DNA of 48,194 bases from assembly GCA_963667725.2 (NCBI GenBank), contig CAXXHO010000002.1, positions 1-48,194 of the forward strand. Direction: 5' to 3'. The first letter of the stretch is position 1. Each line of letters starts with the position of its first letter. Below the pieces are notes generated by a model, which ran no database searches, was not told the DNA's origin, and worked only from the letters and a program-made list of their open reading frames with translations. Positions 38,590 to 45,672 of this stretch are shown here, piece after piece. The position numbers were made by a program, and so were the translations under genes. This DNA comes from Treponemataceae bacterium (GTDB lineage: Bacteria; Spirochaetota; Spirochaetia; Treponematales; Rectinemataceae).

Positions 38590-39672
38590 ATGTCGAGAGA
38601 ATTTTCAAACGTACTGGTGACCGGTGGTTCAGGTTTTATCGGCACGAACTTCATACGGCATCTTTTTGCGGACAAGGGTTTCTCGGGACGGATCGTCAAT
38701 TTCGACGCGCTCACCTATGCGGGCAATCCGGAAAACCTCGCTGATATAGACGCCTCGCATGGAAAGAACGGCGACGGGCGCTATGTGTTTGTCCACGCCG
38801 ACATCTGCGACCGCGCGGCCGTCGAGAAGGCCTTCGCCGATCATGGAATCGACGCCGTCGTTCATTTCGCCGCGGAGAGCCATGTGGACCGGTCCATTCT
38901 CGGTCCGGAAGCCTTCATCCGGACCAACGTCATGGGAACCTACACTCTGCTCGATGTGGCGCGCAACGTCTGGGCGGGGCGGAACGACGTCCTGTTCCAC
39001 CACATAAGCACCGACGAAGTCTTCGGATCGCTCGGCGACTCCGGGTATTTCACCGAGACCACCCCTTACGATCCCCGCTCGCCTTACTCCGCGAGCAAGG
39101 CTTCGAGCGATCATCTCGTGCTCGCCTATCACCACACCTATGGCCTTCCCGTGACCTTGTCCAACTGTTCCAACAACTATGGCCCGTGGCAGTTCCCCGA
39201 AAAGCTCGTTCCGCTCATGATCCTGAACATGCTGGAGGGGAAGCCCCTGCCGGTATACGGCGACGGGAAGAATATCCGCGACTGGCTTTTCGTCGAGGAC
39301 CACAACGAGGCCGTGTGGACCATCATGAAGTCCGGCGCGGCGGGCAGGACTTACAATATCGGCGGCGAAAACGAGTGGGAGAACATCGAACTGCTCAATT
39401 GCCTCATCGACTTGGTCGCCGAGGAAACGGGCAAGCCGGCCGCGGAATACAGGGCCCTCATCGCATACGTGAAGGACAGGCCCGGCCACGACCGCCGCTA
39501 CGCCATCGACTGCAATCGCCTTAAAACCGAGCTTGGATGGACGCGGAGCTTGAGTTTTGAGGAAGGACTGCGCGCCACGGTGCGCTGGTATCTCTCCCAC
39601 AGGGATTGGTGCGCCAGGGTGCGATCGGGCGAATACAAGGCGTGGGTGGATAAAAACTATCTGAAGCGTTGA
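38590..39672 (+). CDS. rmlB: dTDP-glucose 4,6-dehydratase
   Basis: TGGSGFIG, DALTYAGN, AAESHVDRSI, STDEVFG, SPYSASKA and DRPGHDRRYAID. Confidence 0.96.
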   Translation: MSREFSNVLVTGGSGFIGTNFIRHLFADKGFSGRIVNFDALTYAGNPENLADIDASHGKNGDGRYVFVHADICDRAAVEKAFADHGIDAVVHFAAESHVDRSILGPEAFIRTNVMGTYTLLDVARNVWAGRNDVLFHHISTDEVFGSLGDSGYFTETTPYDPRSPYSASKASSDHLVLAYHHTYGLPVTLSNCSNNYGPWQFPEKLVPLMILNMLEGKPLPVYGDGKNIRDWLFVEDHNEAVWTIMKSGAAGRTYNIGGENEWENIELLNCLIDLVAEETGKPAAEYRALIAYVKDRPGHDRRYAIDCNRLKTELGWTRSLSFEEGLRATVRWYLSHRDWCARVRSGEYKAWVDKNYLKR

Positions 39673-39678
39673 TCCCGA

Positions 39679-39707
39679 TCGACCGAAAACGCTGCCGATA
39701 CTATAAT
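39679..39707 (+). promoter_or_regulatory. Internal sigma70-type promoter ahead of the aminotransferase-dehydratase pair
   Basis: TCGACC (39679-84), 17-nt spacer, TATAAT (39702-07). A CATCGCAAG/CTTGCGGATG hairpin follows. Confidence 0.55.
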
Positions 39708-39768
39708 CTCCATCGCAAGTCTTGAATGCGCGATTTCTTGCGGATGTCATTTTGAAAAGGAACGCCCC

Positions 39769-40911
39769 ATGGATTGGAAAGTTCAGCTTTTTCAGCTCAA
39801 TTACGATCAGCGCGAGTATGACGCGGTGATGGCGACCCTCAAGTCCAACTGGATCACCATGGGCCAGCGGACCATCGACTTCGAGGCCGCGTATGCCGCG
39901 GAGTTGGGCCAGGGAAGCAAGTGCCTGGCGGTGGCGAACGGCACCGCGGCTCTGCATATCGCTGTGCTCGCGGCGGGCGTGAGGCCCGGCGACGAAGTGA
40001 TCGTGCCTGCCCTCACCTTCATCGCCGATCTCAACTCCGTGCGCGTATCGGGCGCGAACGTCGTGCTCGCGGACGTGACATCCAGGACGGATTGGGCGAT
40101 GGACCCCGCCGATATCGAGGCGAAGATCACGCCGAAAACGAAGGCGGTGATGATTGTCCACTATGCGGGCTATGCCTGCGACATGGACGCCATTGTCGGC
40201 ATCTGCAAACGGCATGGCGTCAAATTGATAGAGGATTGCGCCCACTCCAACGGCGGCACCTACAGAGACCGCAAGCTGGGCACCTTCGGGGATCTCTCGG
40301 CCTGGAGTTTTTTCTCCAACAAAAACTTGGCGGTGGGCGAGGGCGGCATGGTGGCCACCCGCGACCCGGAGCTTTTCCAGAAGTGCAAGAATCTCCGTTC
40401 CCACGGAATGACGGTCGCCAGCTTCGACCGCCTGCAGGGCAGGGCCGCAACCTACGATGTGCGGGAGCCTGGTTTCAATTATCGCATCGACGAAATCCGG
40501 GCCTCGCTGGGGTTGGTGCAGCTGGCCAAACTGCCCGAAGCCAACGCAAGCCGCGTTCGACTGGTGCAGCGCTATTTCTCCCGCCTCGACAAGGTCCCCG
40601 GCCTTGTACTTCCCTTCCGGCACTACGACCGCGGCACGCCCACCTACCACATCATGCCTGTTCTGCTTCCGGAAAACGCGGACCGGGGCAGCCTGATCGA
40701 ATTCATGAAGGAGGACGGGATTCAGACCAGCGTCCATTATCCTTCGATACAGAGTTTTACCGCCTACAAGGATGTCGTCGGGCCCACGCCCATCGCCGAA
40801 TATATCAGCGAGCACGAACTCACGCTGCCTCTCTATCCCACCATGAAGGAGGCGGAAGTGGACCTTGTCTGCGATTCGATTGAAAAGAACTTGCCCAGAG
40901 CCGTGCGATGA
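39769..40911 (+). CDS. DegT/DnrJ/EryC1/StrS PLP-dependent sugar aminotransferase
   Basis: NGTAALH, IEDCAH, SFFSNKNLAVGEGG, GFNYR and LTLPLYP. Confidence 0.93.
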   Translation: MDWKVQLFQLNYDQREYDAVMATLKSNWITMGQRTIDFEAAYAAELGQGSKCLAVANGTAALHIAVLAAGVRPGDEVIVPALTFIADLNSVRVSGANVVLADVTSRTDWAMDPADIEAKITPKTKAVMIVHYAGYACDMDAIVGICKRHGVKLIEDCAHSNGGTYRDRKLGTFGDLSAWSFFSNKNLAVGEGGMVATRDPELFQKCKNLRSHGMTVASFDRLQGRAATYDVREPGFNYRIDEIRASLGLVQLAKLPEANASRVRLVQRYFSRLDKVPGLVLPFRHYDRGTPTYHIMPVLLPENADRGSLIEFMKEDGIQTSVHYPSIQSFTAYKDVVGPTPIAEYISEHELTLPLYPTMKEAEVDLVCDSIEKNLPRAVR

Positions 40912-40955
40912 CGCTTTCGAACAAGGCTCGGATGAGACTGCATAAGGAATAAGCC

Positions 40956-42146
40956 ATGGACCCAATCCTTGACCTGATCGGCCGCGAGCAGGAATTATTC
41001 GCCGCTGATATCGGCGCCCATGAGCGCGAACTGTCTTCTCTCGTGAATGAGTCGCGCTTTCTCGTAATCGGGGGCGCCGGGAGCATCGGGCAGGCGGTGA
41101 CGCGGGAGATTTTCCGCCGATCGCCCCGCCTCCTCCATGTCGTGGATATCAGCGAGAACAACATGGTGGAGCTCGTGCGGGATCTGCGCTCCTCCCTGGG
41201 CTATATAAGGGGCGAGTTCGCCACCTTCGCGATCGACGCGGGAAGCGATATCTTCGACGCGTTCATGGAATCAGGTCCGGGCTACGATTACGTCCTCAAC
41301 CTCTCCGCGCTGAAGCACGTGCGCAGCGAAAAAGATCCCTACACGCTGATGCGCATGGTCGATGTCAATATTTTCAACACCGACAAGACCATGCGTCAGG
41401 CGGCCGAGCGCGGCGCCCGCAAGTACTTCTGCGTGTCGACCGACAAGGCCGCCAATCCCGTCAACATGATGGGAGCGTCCAAGCGCATCATGGAGTATTT
41501 TCTCATGCGCCGGAGCCTCGAGCTGCCCGTCTCGACCGCGCGGTTCGCCAACGTGGCTTTTTCGGATGGGAGCCTGCTCTATGGCTTCAATAGGCGGATG
41601 GAGAAAGAGCAGCCTTTGGCTGCGCCCAACGATGTGCGCCGTTACTTTGTCACGCCGAAAGAGGCGGGCGAGCTTTGCTTGATGTCCACCCTGCTCGGCG
41701 CGAACCGCGATCTGTTTTTCCCGAATCTGGATGCGAAAAACAACCTTGTCACGTTCTCCGAAATCGCGGACCGGTATTTGAAATATCGCGGCTATGAGCC
41801 TGTGGAGTGCGCCAGCGAGGAGGAAGCCCGGGCGCGCGTGCCCGAGCTGAGGGCGAAAGGCAAGTGGCCCGTCTATTATTTCCCCAGCGATACGACCGGC
41901 GAGAAGGATTTTGAAGAGTTCTATACCTCGGGTGAAACGCTCGACATGGACAGGTTTGCCTCGGTCGGCATCATAAAGAACGCGCCTGGTCATGACGCGG
42001 CGGCACTGGGACATTTCGAGTCCGCGATCCGCTCGATGCGTGCCCGGGGGCGATGGACGAGGGGTGAACTTATCGAACTCTTCAATATGACAATTCCGGA
42101 ATTTGAACACAAGGAAAAAGGCAAATTCCTGGACGAGAAAATGTAA
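40956..42146 (+). CDS. NDP-GlcNAc 4,6-dehydratase, LgaA/LegB-like
   Basis: GGAGSIG, VDISENNMVELVRDLRSS, SALKHVRSEKDP, STDKAANPVNMMGASK and ARFANVAFSDGSL. Confidence 0.85.
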   Translation: MDPILDLIGREQELFAADIGAHERELSSLVNESRFLVIGGAGSIGQAVTREIFRRSPRLLHVVDISENNMVELVRDLRSSLGYIRGEFATFAIDAGSDIFDAFMESGPGYDYVLNLSALKHVRSEKDPYTLMRMVDVNIFNTDKTMRQAAERGARKYFCVSTDKAANPVNMMGASKRIMEYFLMRRSLELPVSTARFANVAFSDGSLLYGFNRRMEKEQPLAAPNDVRRYFVTPKEAGELCLMSTLLGANRDLFFPNLDAKNNLVTFSEIADRYLKYRGYEPVECASEEEARARVPELRAKGKWPVYYFPSDTTGEKDFEEFYTSGETLDMDRFASVGIIKNAPGHDAAALGHFESAIRSMRARGRWTRGELIELFNMTIPEFEHKEKGKFLDEKM

Positions 42147-42234
42147 AAACGCTTTCCCCTTGATTTGCTGACTCAAAACGGTCGGTTCAGGGCGCGTCGT
42201 TGATTCTTGGACTGATGAACGCGCGCCCAGCCGC

Positions 42235-43074
42235 TCAATCCTTCTTCGAGCCCTTCCCCTTGCCATTGTTTTCCTGGGTTTTCTTCTCTTTGTCGGCGTC
42301 GTTCGATTTTTCGGAGGGCGCGGCGCTGGGGGATTTGTCCTTGGTGGCCTTGGCCAGGGATTCCTCGATCGCCTTGGACGGGGGAAGGCCTTTGCCGATC
42401 GCGGACTTGACCGAGGCGACCAGGGCGTTGAGCTTGCCGTCGGCGAGGTCGCAGTCGACGAGGCCTGTCGCGAGGGCGAGGACTTCGGCTTCGGTGAGGG
42501 AGTGCTCGGCTTCGACGGTGACGACGACGGAGAGCGCGGCCAGGGCGCGGTCGATGGCGGCCTGTTTTGCGCCCAGTTTGGCCGCGGCGGCGTCCAGGGC
42601 CGCCTGAAGGGCGCGCTCGGAGATCCCCGCGCGGAGGAGGAGGGAAGCCTGCTCGACCGCCGCCGAGGCTTTTCTTGAATCGGAGGGCAGGAGTCCGAGG
42701 CTCTTGAGCGAGGCGGCCACCGCCAGGTAGCGCTGGGTGTCCTCGCGGAGGGTGGCGGCGAGGGTCGGCGCCGGCACGCGTTTTTTGGCCGCCTCCACCA
42801 GGCGGTCGGCGATGAGGGCGTCGGAGAGGCCGGCCCGCTTGAGCGAGGCGGCCAATTCCCCGGCTTCCGACGCCAGGGCCCCGTACGCGGCCTGGTTCGC
42901 CGGCGCGGCGAACCAGGCCGCCAGATTCTGGGCCGCGGCGAACGAAGGGATGGCCGCCGCCAACAGCAGCGCCGCGAGGAGCCGAAAGACCCTGCGCCTG
43001 GGGGCGCGGGGCGGAGCGCCATCGATAGGCGCCACTTTGACGGCCCGTTCCGGAGCCGAGTGCGGGGCGCGCAA
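42235..43074 (-). CDS. Secreted Ala-rich helical hypothetical protein with a Lys-rich tail
   Basis: C-terminal part of ORF 42235..43689. Signal peptide RRRVFRLLAALLLAAAIPSFAAA-Q. Start is TTG 43074 or GTG 43035, directly after the anti-sigma stop. Confidence 0.75.
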   Translation of the reverse strand: MRAPHSAPERAVKVAPIDGAPPRAPRRRVFRLLAALLLAAAIPSFAAAQNLAAWFAAPANQAAYGALASEAGELAASLKRAGLSDALIADRLVEAAKKRVPAPTLAATLREDTQRYLAVAASLKSLGLLPSDSRKASAAVEQASLLLRAGISERALQAALDAAAAKLGAKQAAIDRALAALSVVVTVEAEHSLTEAEVLALATGLVDCDLADGKLNALVASVKSAIGKGLPPSKAIEESLAKATKDKSPSAAPSEKSNDADKEKKTQENNGKGKGSKKD

Positions 43075-43076
43075 GG

Positions 43077-43727
43077 TCAGAGCCTCAGGAGGCTGCCCGA
43101 GCCCCCGAAACCGTCGTCGATCCTTGCCGGCACGGCCGGGTCGGCGATCCAGGTTTGGCCGTCGATCACGAAGTTGTAGACGTAGGCCTTGCCCCGCTTG
43201 AGCGGCACCTTGATCTCCCAGGCGCCCGTCCCGCCGGCGCGGCGCAGCTGGTAAGCCTCGCCCGACCAGCCGTTGAAGTCGCCGGCCAGGGAAACCGTGG
43301 AAGCCTGGGGCGCCTCGAGCGCGAAGCTCACGGTCACCGTGTCGTTCCCCAAACGGGCGAAATGGATGCCCAGGCTCAAGCCCAGGGCGAAGATCGCCGC
43401 CGCGGCCGCCGTCAGAACGCGCGCCGATGCGGCGCGCGCCGGTATGGCGGGCGCGAAGGGCAAAAGGCGCCGCCTCGGCGAATCGAGCGAGGACATGACT
43501 TTGTCGCCCAGCGCCGAATTCCGCTCTGGGCGGGGGGCGGCGCTTCCGTCCTCGCGGCGCGTATCCTCGCGGCAGTCCCGCTCGACAAGCGGCAATAGCA
43601 CGCCGTAGCGCTCGTCGCAGTCGACGCAGGAGGCGAGGTGGGCCGCCAAATCCTCCGGGCTCCGGGAGGGCGTCTCGCCGGCTTCCCATGCGCCGACGAA
43701 AGCGCGCGTATCGTCGCAGTTCATCAC
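43077..43727 (-). CDS. Zinc-binding anti-sigma factor with TM helix and C-terminal AMPK1_CBM/CBM48-like domain
   Basis: HLASCVDC (HxxxCxxC), TM VLTAAAAAIFALGLSLGI, then VSLAGDFNGW...W...YVYNFVIDGQTWIADP...DDGFGG. Overlaps the sigma gene stop. Confidence 0.85.
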   Translation of the reverse strand: MMNCDDTRAFVGAWEAGETPSRSPEDLAAHLASCVDCDERYGVLLPLVERDCREDTRREDGSAAPRPERNSALGDKVMSSLDSPRRRLLPFAPAIPARAASARVLTAAAAAIFALGLSLGIHFARLGNDTVTVSFALEAPQASTVSLAGDFNGWSGEAYQLRRAGGTGAWEIKVPLKRGKAYVYNFVIDGQTWIADPAVPARIDDGFGGSGSLLRL

Positions 43728-44305
43728 AACCTTATACCTCTGGAACCCCCGCGGGGTTGCCTGCCTTCGAGCGCGACCCGCAGCGCCTTGCGCGCGCGGA
43801 AAAGCCTCGTCTTGACGGCCTCTTCGCTCAAGCCCAGGGCGCGGGCGGTGTCCGCCACCGACAGCTCGCCGAAATAGTAGAGTTCCACCGGCAGCCGCTG
43901 GTCGCGGGGCAGGGCGGACACCGCCCTCCTGAGCGCCTGGGCCCTGATGGCTGCCGCCGCCTCCTCCGCGGGATCGGGGGGCGCGGCGGCGGCGGCCTCG
44001 GAGCCCGCCGCCTCGATTTTGTGCCGGTCCGAGGCGAAAACGCGGAATCTGGTGCGCAGGTGATTGGCGGCAATGGCGAAAAGCCAGGCGGGGAAGCTCT
44101 CGCCGCGGCGGAAGGTGTTCAGCGAGCGGTAGGCGCGGACAAAGACATCCTGCGCGGCGTCGCGCGCGTCGTCGTCAGACCGCAGCCTCGCCCCGCAGAA
44201 AGCCACGATTCGCTGCTCGTAGCGGTCCACGAGGGCGCGGAATGCCTCTCGGTCCCCCGAGAGCACCCGCGTAACAGCGTCGTTGTCGGCCGCATCACCT
44301 TTCAT
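43724..44305 (-). CDS. ECF (group 4) RNA polymerase sigma factor
   Basis: Region 2 (GDREAFRALVDRY, DAAQDVFVRAY, FPAWLFAIAAN) and region 4 (LSVADTARALGLSEEAVKTRLFRAR). Confidence 0.95.
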   Translation of the reverse strand: MKGDAADNDAVTRVLSGDREAFRALVDRYEQRIVAFCGARLRSDDDARDAAQDVFVRAYRSLNTFRRGESFPAWLFAIAANHLRTRFRVFASDRHKIEAAGSEAAAAAPPDPAEEAAAAIRAQALRRAVSALPRDQRLPVELYYFGELSVADTARALGLSEEAVKTRLFRARKALRVALEGRQPRGGSRGIRL

Positions 44306-44312
44306 GCTTTCA

Positions 44313-44341
44313 AATATAACGGTCGGCTCGCGCTTTGGCCA
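44313..44341 (-). promoter_or_regulatory. Candidate promoter for a leaderless ECF sigma transcript
   Basis: Minus strand TGGCCA, 17-nt spacer, TATATT, then 7 nt to ATG 44305. No Shine-Dalgarno. Confidence 0.5.
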
Positions 44342-44359
44342 TTCTGCCGGAGGTGTCCT

Positions 44360-45592
44360 TTATCGGGCGTGCTTGCGGCGCTTTTCCTCGAACATCAGCA
44401 CGTCGGCTTCGCGGTAGAGGGTCTCGAACGAGGAGCCGGGACCGCCCCGCCGCGTGACCGAACCCAGGGAGAATCCCAGGGCGGAGCGCCTGGGGGCCTT
44501 CCGCCAGGCCGCGATCCGTGCGGCGAGCCTGGACTCGACGTCGGATGCCCAGGCGGCGCCGCCCCTTGCGAGGACGACGAACTCGTCTCCGCCGTAGCGG
44601 GCCGCGAGAGGGCCATCGCCCAGAGTTCCCGCGAGGATCGCGGCGAACTCCCTCAGGGCCTCGTCGCCCTCGGGGTGCCCGAATTCGTCGTTGACGAGCT
44701 TGAAGTCGTCGAGATCCATCACCATGAGCGTGTACTCCGAGGTCTCGGCGCCCGCGGCGGCGAGCATCGCCTCCGCGTCGCGGTCGAATCCCGCGCGGTT
44801 GTACAGGCCCGTGAGCGGATCGCGGGTCGAGCGCTCGTAAATTTCCCTGAACATGTGCTCATAGGGTCGATCGAGCCCTTCTTCGATCACGATCGTCCAA
44901 AAGAAGGCGTACGAGAAGAAGTTCATGAGGTGGGCGATGGCGTCGATGAGCCCCTGGGGCTCGGTCCTGAAGGCGAACAGCAGCCCAGAGATTCCGAAGG
45001 CGCCGATGCCTGCCTTTGTCAGCATGGCGGCCTTGCGCCCCACCCGGGCGGGAGTTCGCACCATCATGACGAGGCTCGCGGCCGCGGCGGCAGCGAAGGT
45101 GAGCTCGGCCAAGCGCTTGAAGAGGGTGTAGCCCGCGCCTGCGACGTAGCAAGTGGGGAATATCCCTGCGAGGATCGAGGCGATCACCAGGGCGGTGGCC
45201 GCGAAGAAGCCGGCGTGGAGCCCCCGCAGGGAGAGTTTGTGGTGGAGAAGGAAGGGCACCGAGCATATGGCGCCGATCTCCGTCGCCCGGGACGCCGTCC
45301 AAAATTTGGAGGCCAGGTCCGCCGAGGCGCCGGGGAAGAGTCCTATGTCTTGGTAGCAGAAGAGGTGCAGGATATCCAAGGTCCCGACGTAGAAGAAGGC
45401 GACGCTGATGTAGAGGAGCATGGAATTGTTCGAAAAACGATAGGTGCGGGTGCCGGTGACATAGAGGGAAAAGGCGGCGAGAAGGCACAGGGCGTCCATC
45501 GCCACGTGGAAGGCCCTGAATCCCCCCAGCGCCCCTATGGAGGCGAGCGTCGCCAAAATCAGAATCACTTTGCCAATATTTCTTACATTCAC
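44360..45592 (-). CDS. MASE3-GGDEF diguanylate cyclase
   Basis: MASE3-like TM region (FHVAMD, LDILHLFCY, IFPTCYVAGAGYTLFK) followed by DPLTGLYNR, DLDDFKLVNDEFGH and RYGGDEF. Confidence 0.9.
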   Translation of the reverse strand: MNVRNIGKVILILATLASIGALGGFRAFHVAMDALCLLAAFSLYVTGTRTYRFSNNSMLLYISVAFFYVGTLDILHLFCYQDIGLFPGASADLASKFWTASRATEIGAICSVPFLLHHKLSLRGLHAGFFAATALVIASILAGIFPTCYVAGAGYTLFKRLAELTFAAAAAASLVMMVRTPARVGRKAAMLTKAGIGAFGISGLLFAFRTEPQGLIDAIAHLMNFFSYAFFWTIVIEEGLDRPYEHMFREIYERSTRDPLTGLYNRAGFDRDAEAMLAAAGAETSEYTLMVMDLDDFKLVNDEFGHPEGDEALREFAAILAGTLGDGPLAARYGGDEFVVLARGGAAWASDVESRLAARIAAWRKAPRRSALGFSLGSVTRRGGPGSSFETLYREADVLMFEEKRRKHAR

Positions 45593-45598
45593 GCCTTC

Positions 45599-45665
45599 AG
45601 AATACTACGGGCCTCCTTTCCTCACAATCCACAGGCTGGCAAAGCCGCCGCATTCGGGCTACCAT
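45599..45665. promoter_or_regulatory. Back-to-back divergent promoters, both apparently leaderless
   Basis: Minus strand: TTGTGA (45627-22), 17 nt, TATTCT (45604-45599), 6 nt, GTG 45592. Plus strand: TGGCAA (45637-42), 17 nt, TACCAT (45660-65), 7 nt, ATG 45673. Confidence 0.55.
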
Positions 45666-45672
45666 CGTCGGC

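Noticed and set aside
25270..38590. Mobile element (IS, prophage or integron) carrying the low-GC block
   Set aside because: No transposase, integrase, terminal inverted repeats, attC-like sites or tRNA seen.
38629..40965. 778-aa minus-strand ORF, plus similar long ORFs such as 43688-45847 (+), 41271-43022 (-), 13823-15166 (-) and 46822-48186 (-)
   Set aside because: Antisense or off-frame shadows of well-supported genes in GC-rich DNA, with no recognisable motifs.
42190..42228. Intrinsic terminator between the convergent operons
   Set aside because: An imperfect GGGCGCG/CGCGCCC stem exists, but it has a long loop and no U-tract on either strand.
42960..43035. Tat signal in the secreted protein (PRRRVFR)
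   Set aside because: Only a partial match to S/T-R-R-x-F-L-K. Arg runs are common in GC-rich N-termini and the start is uncertain.
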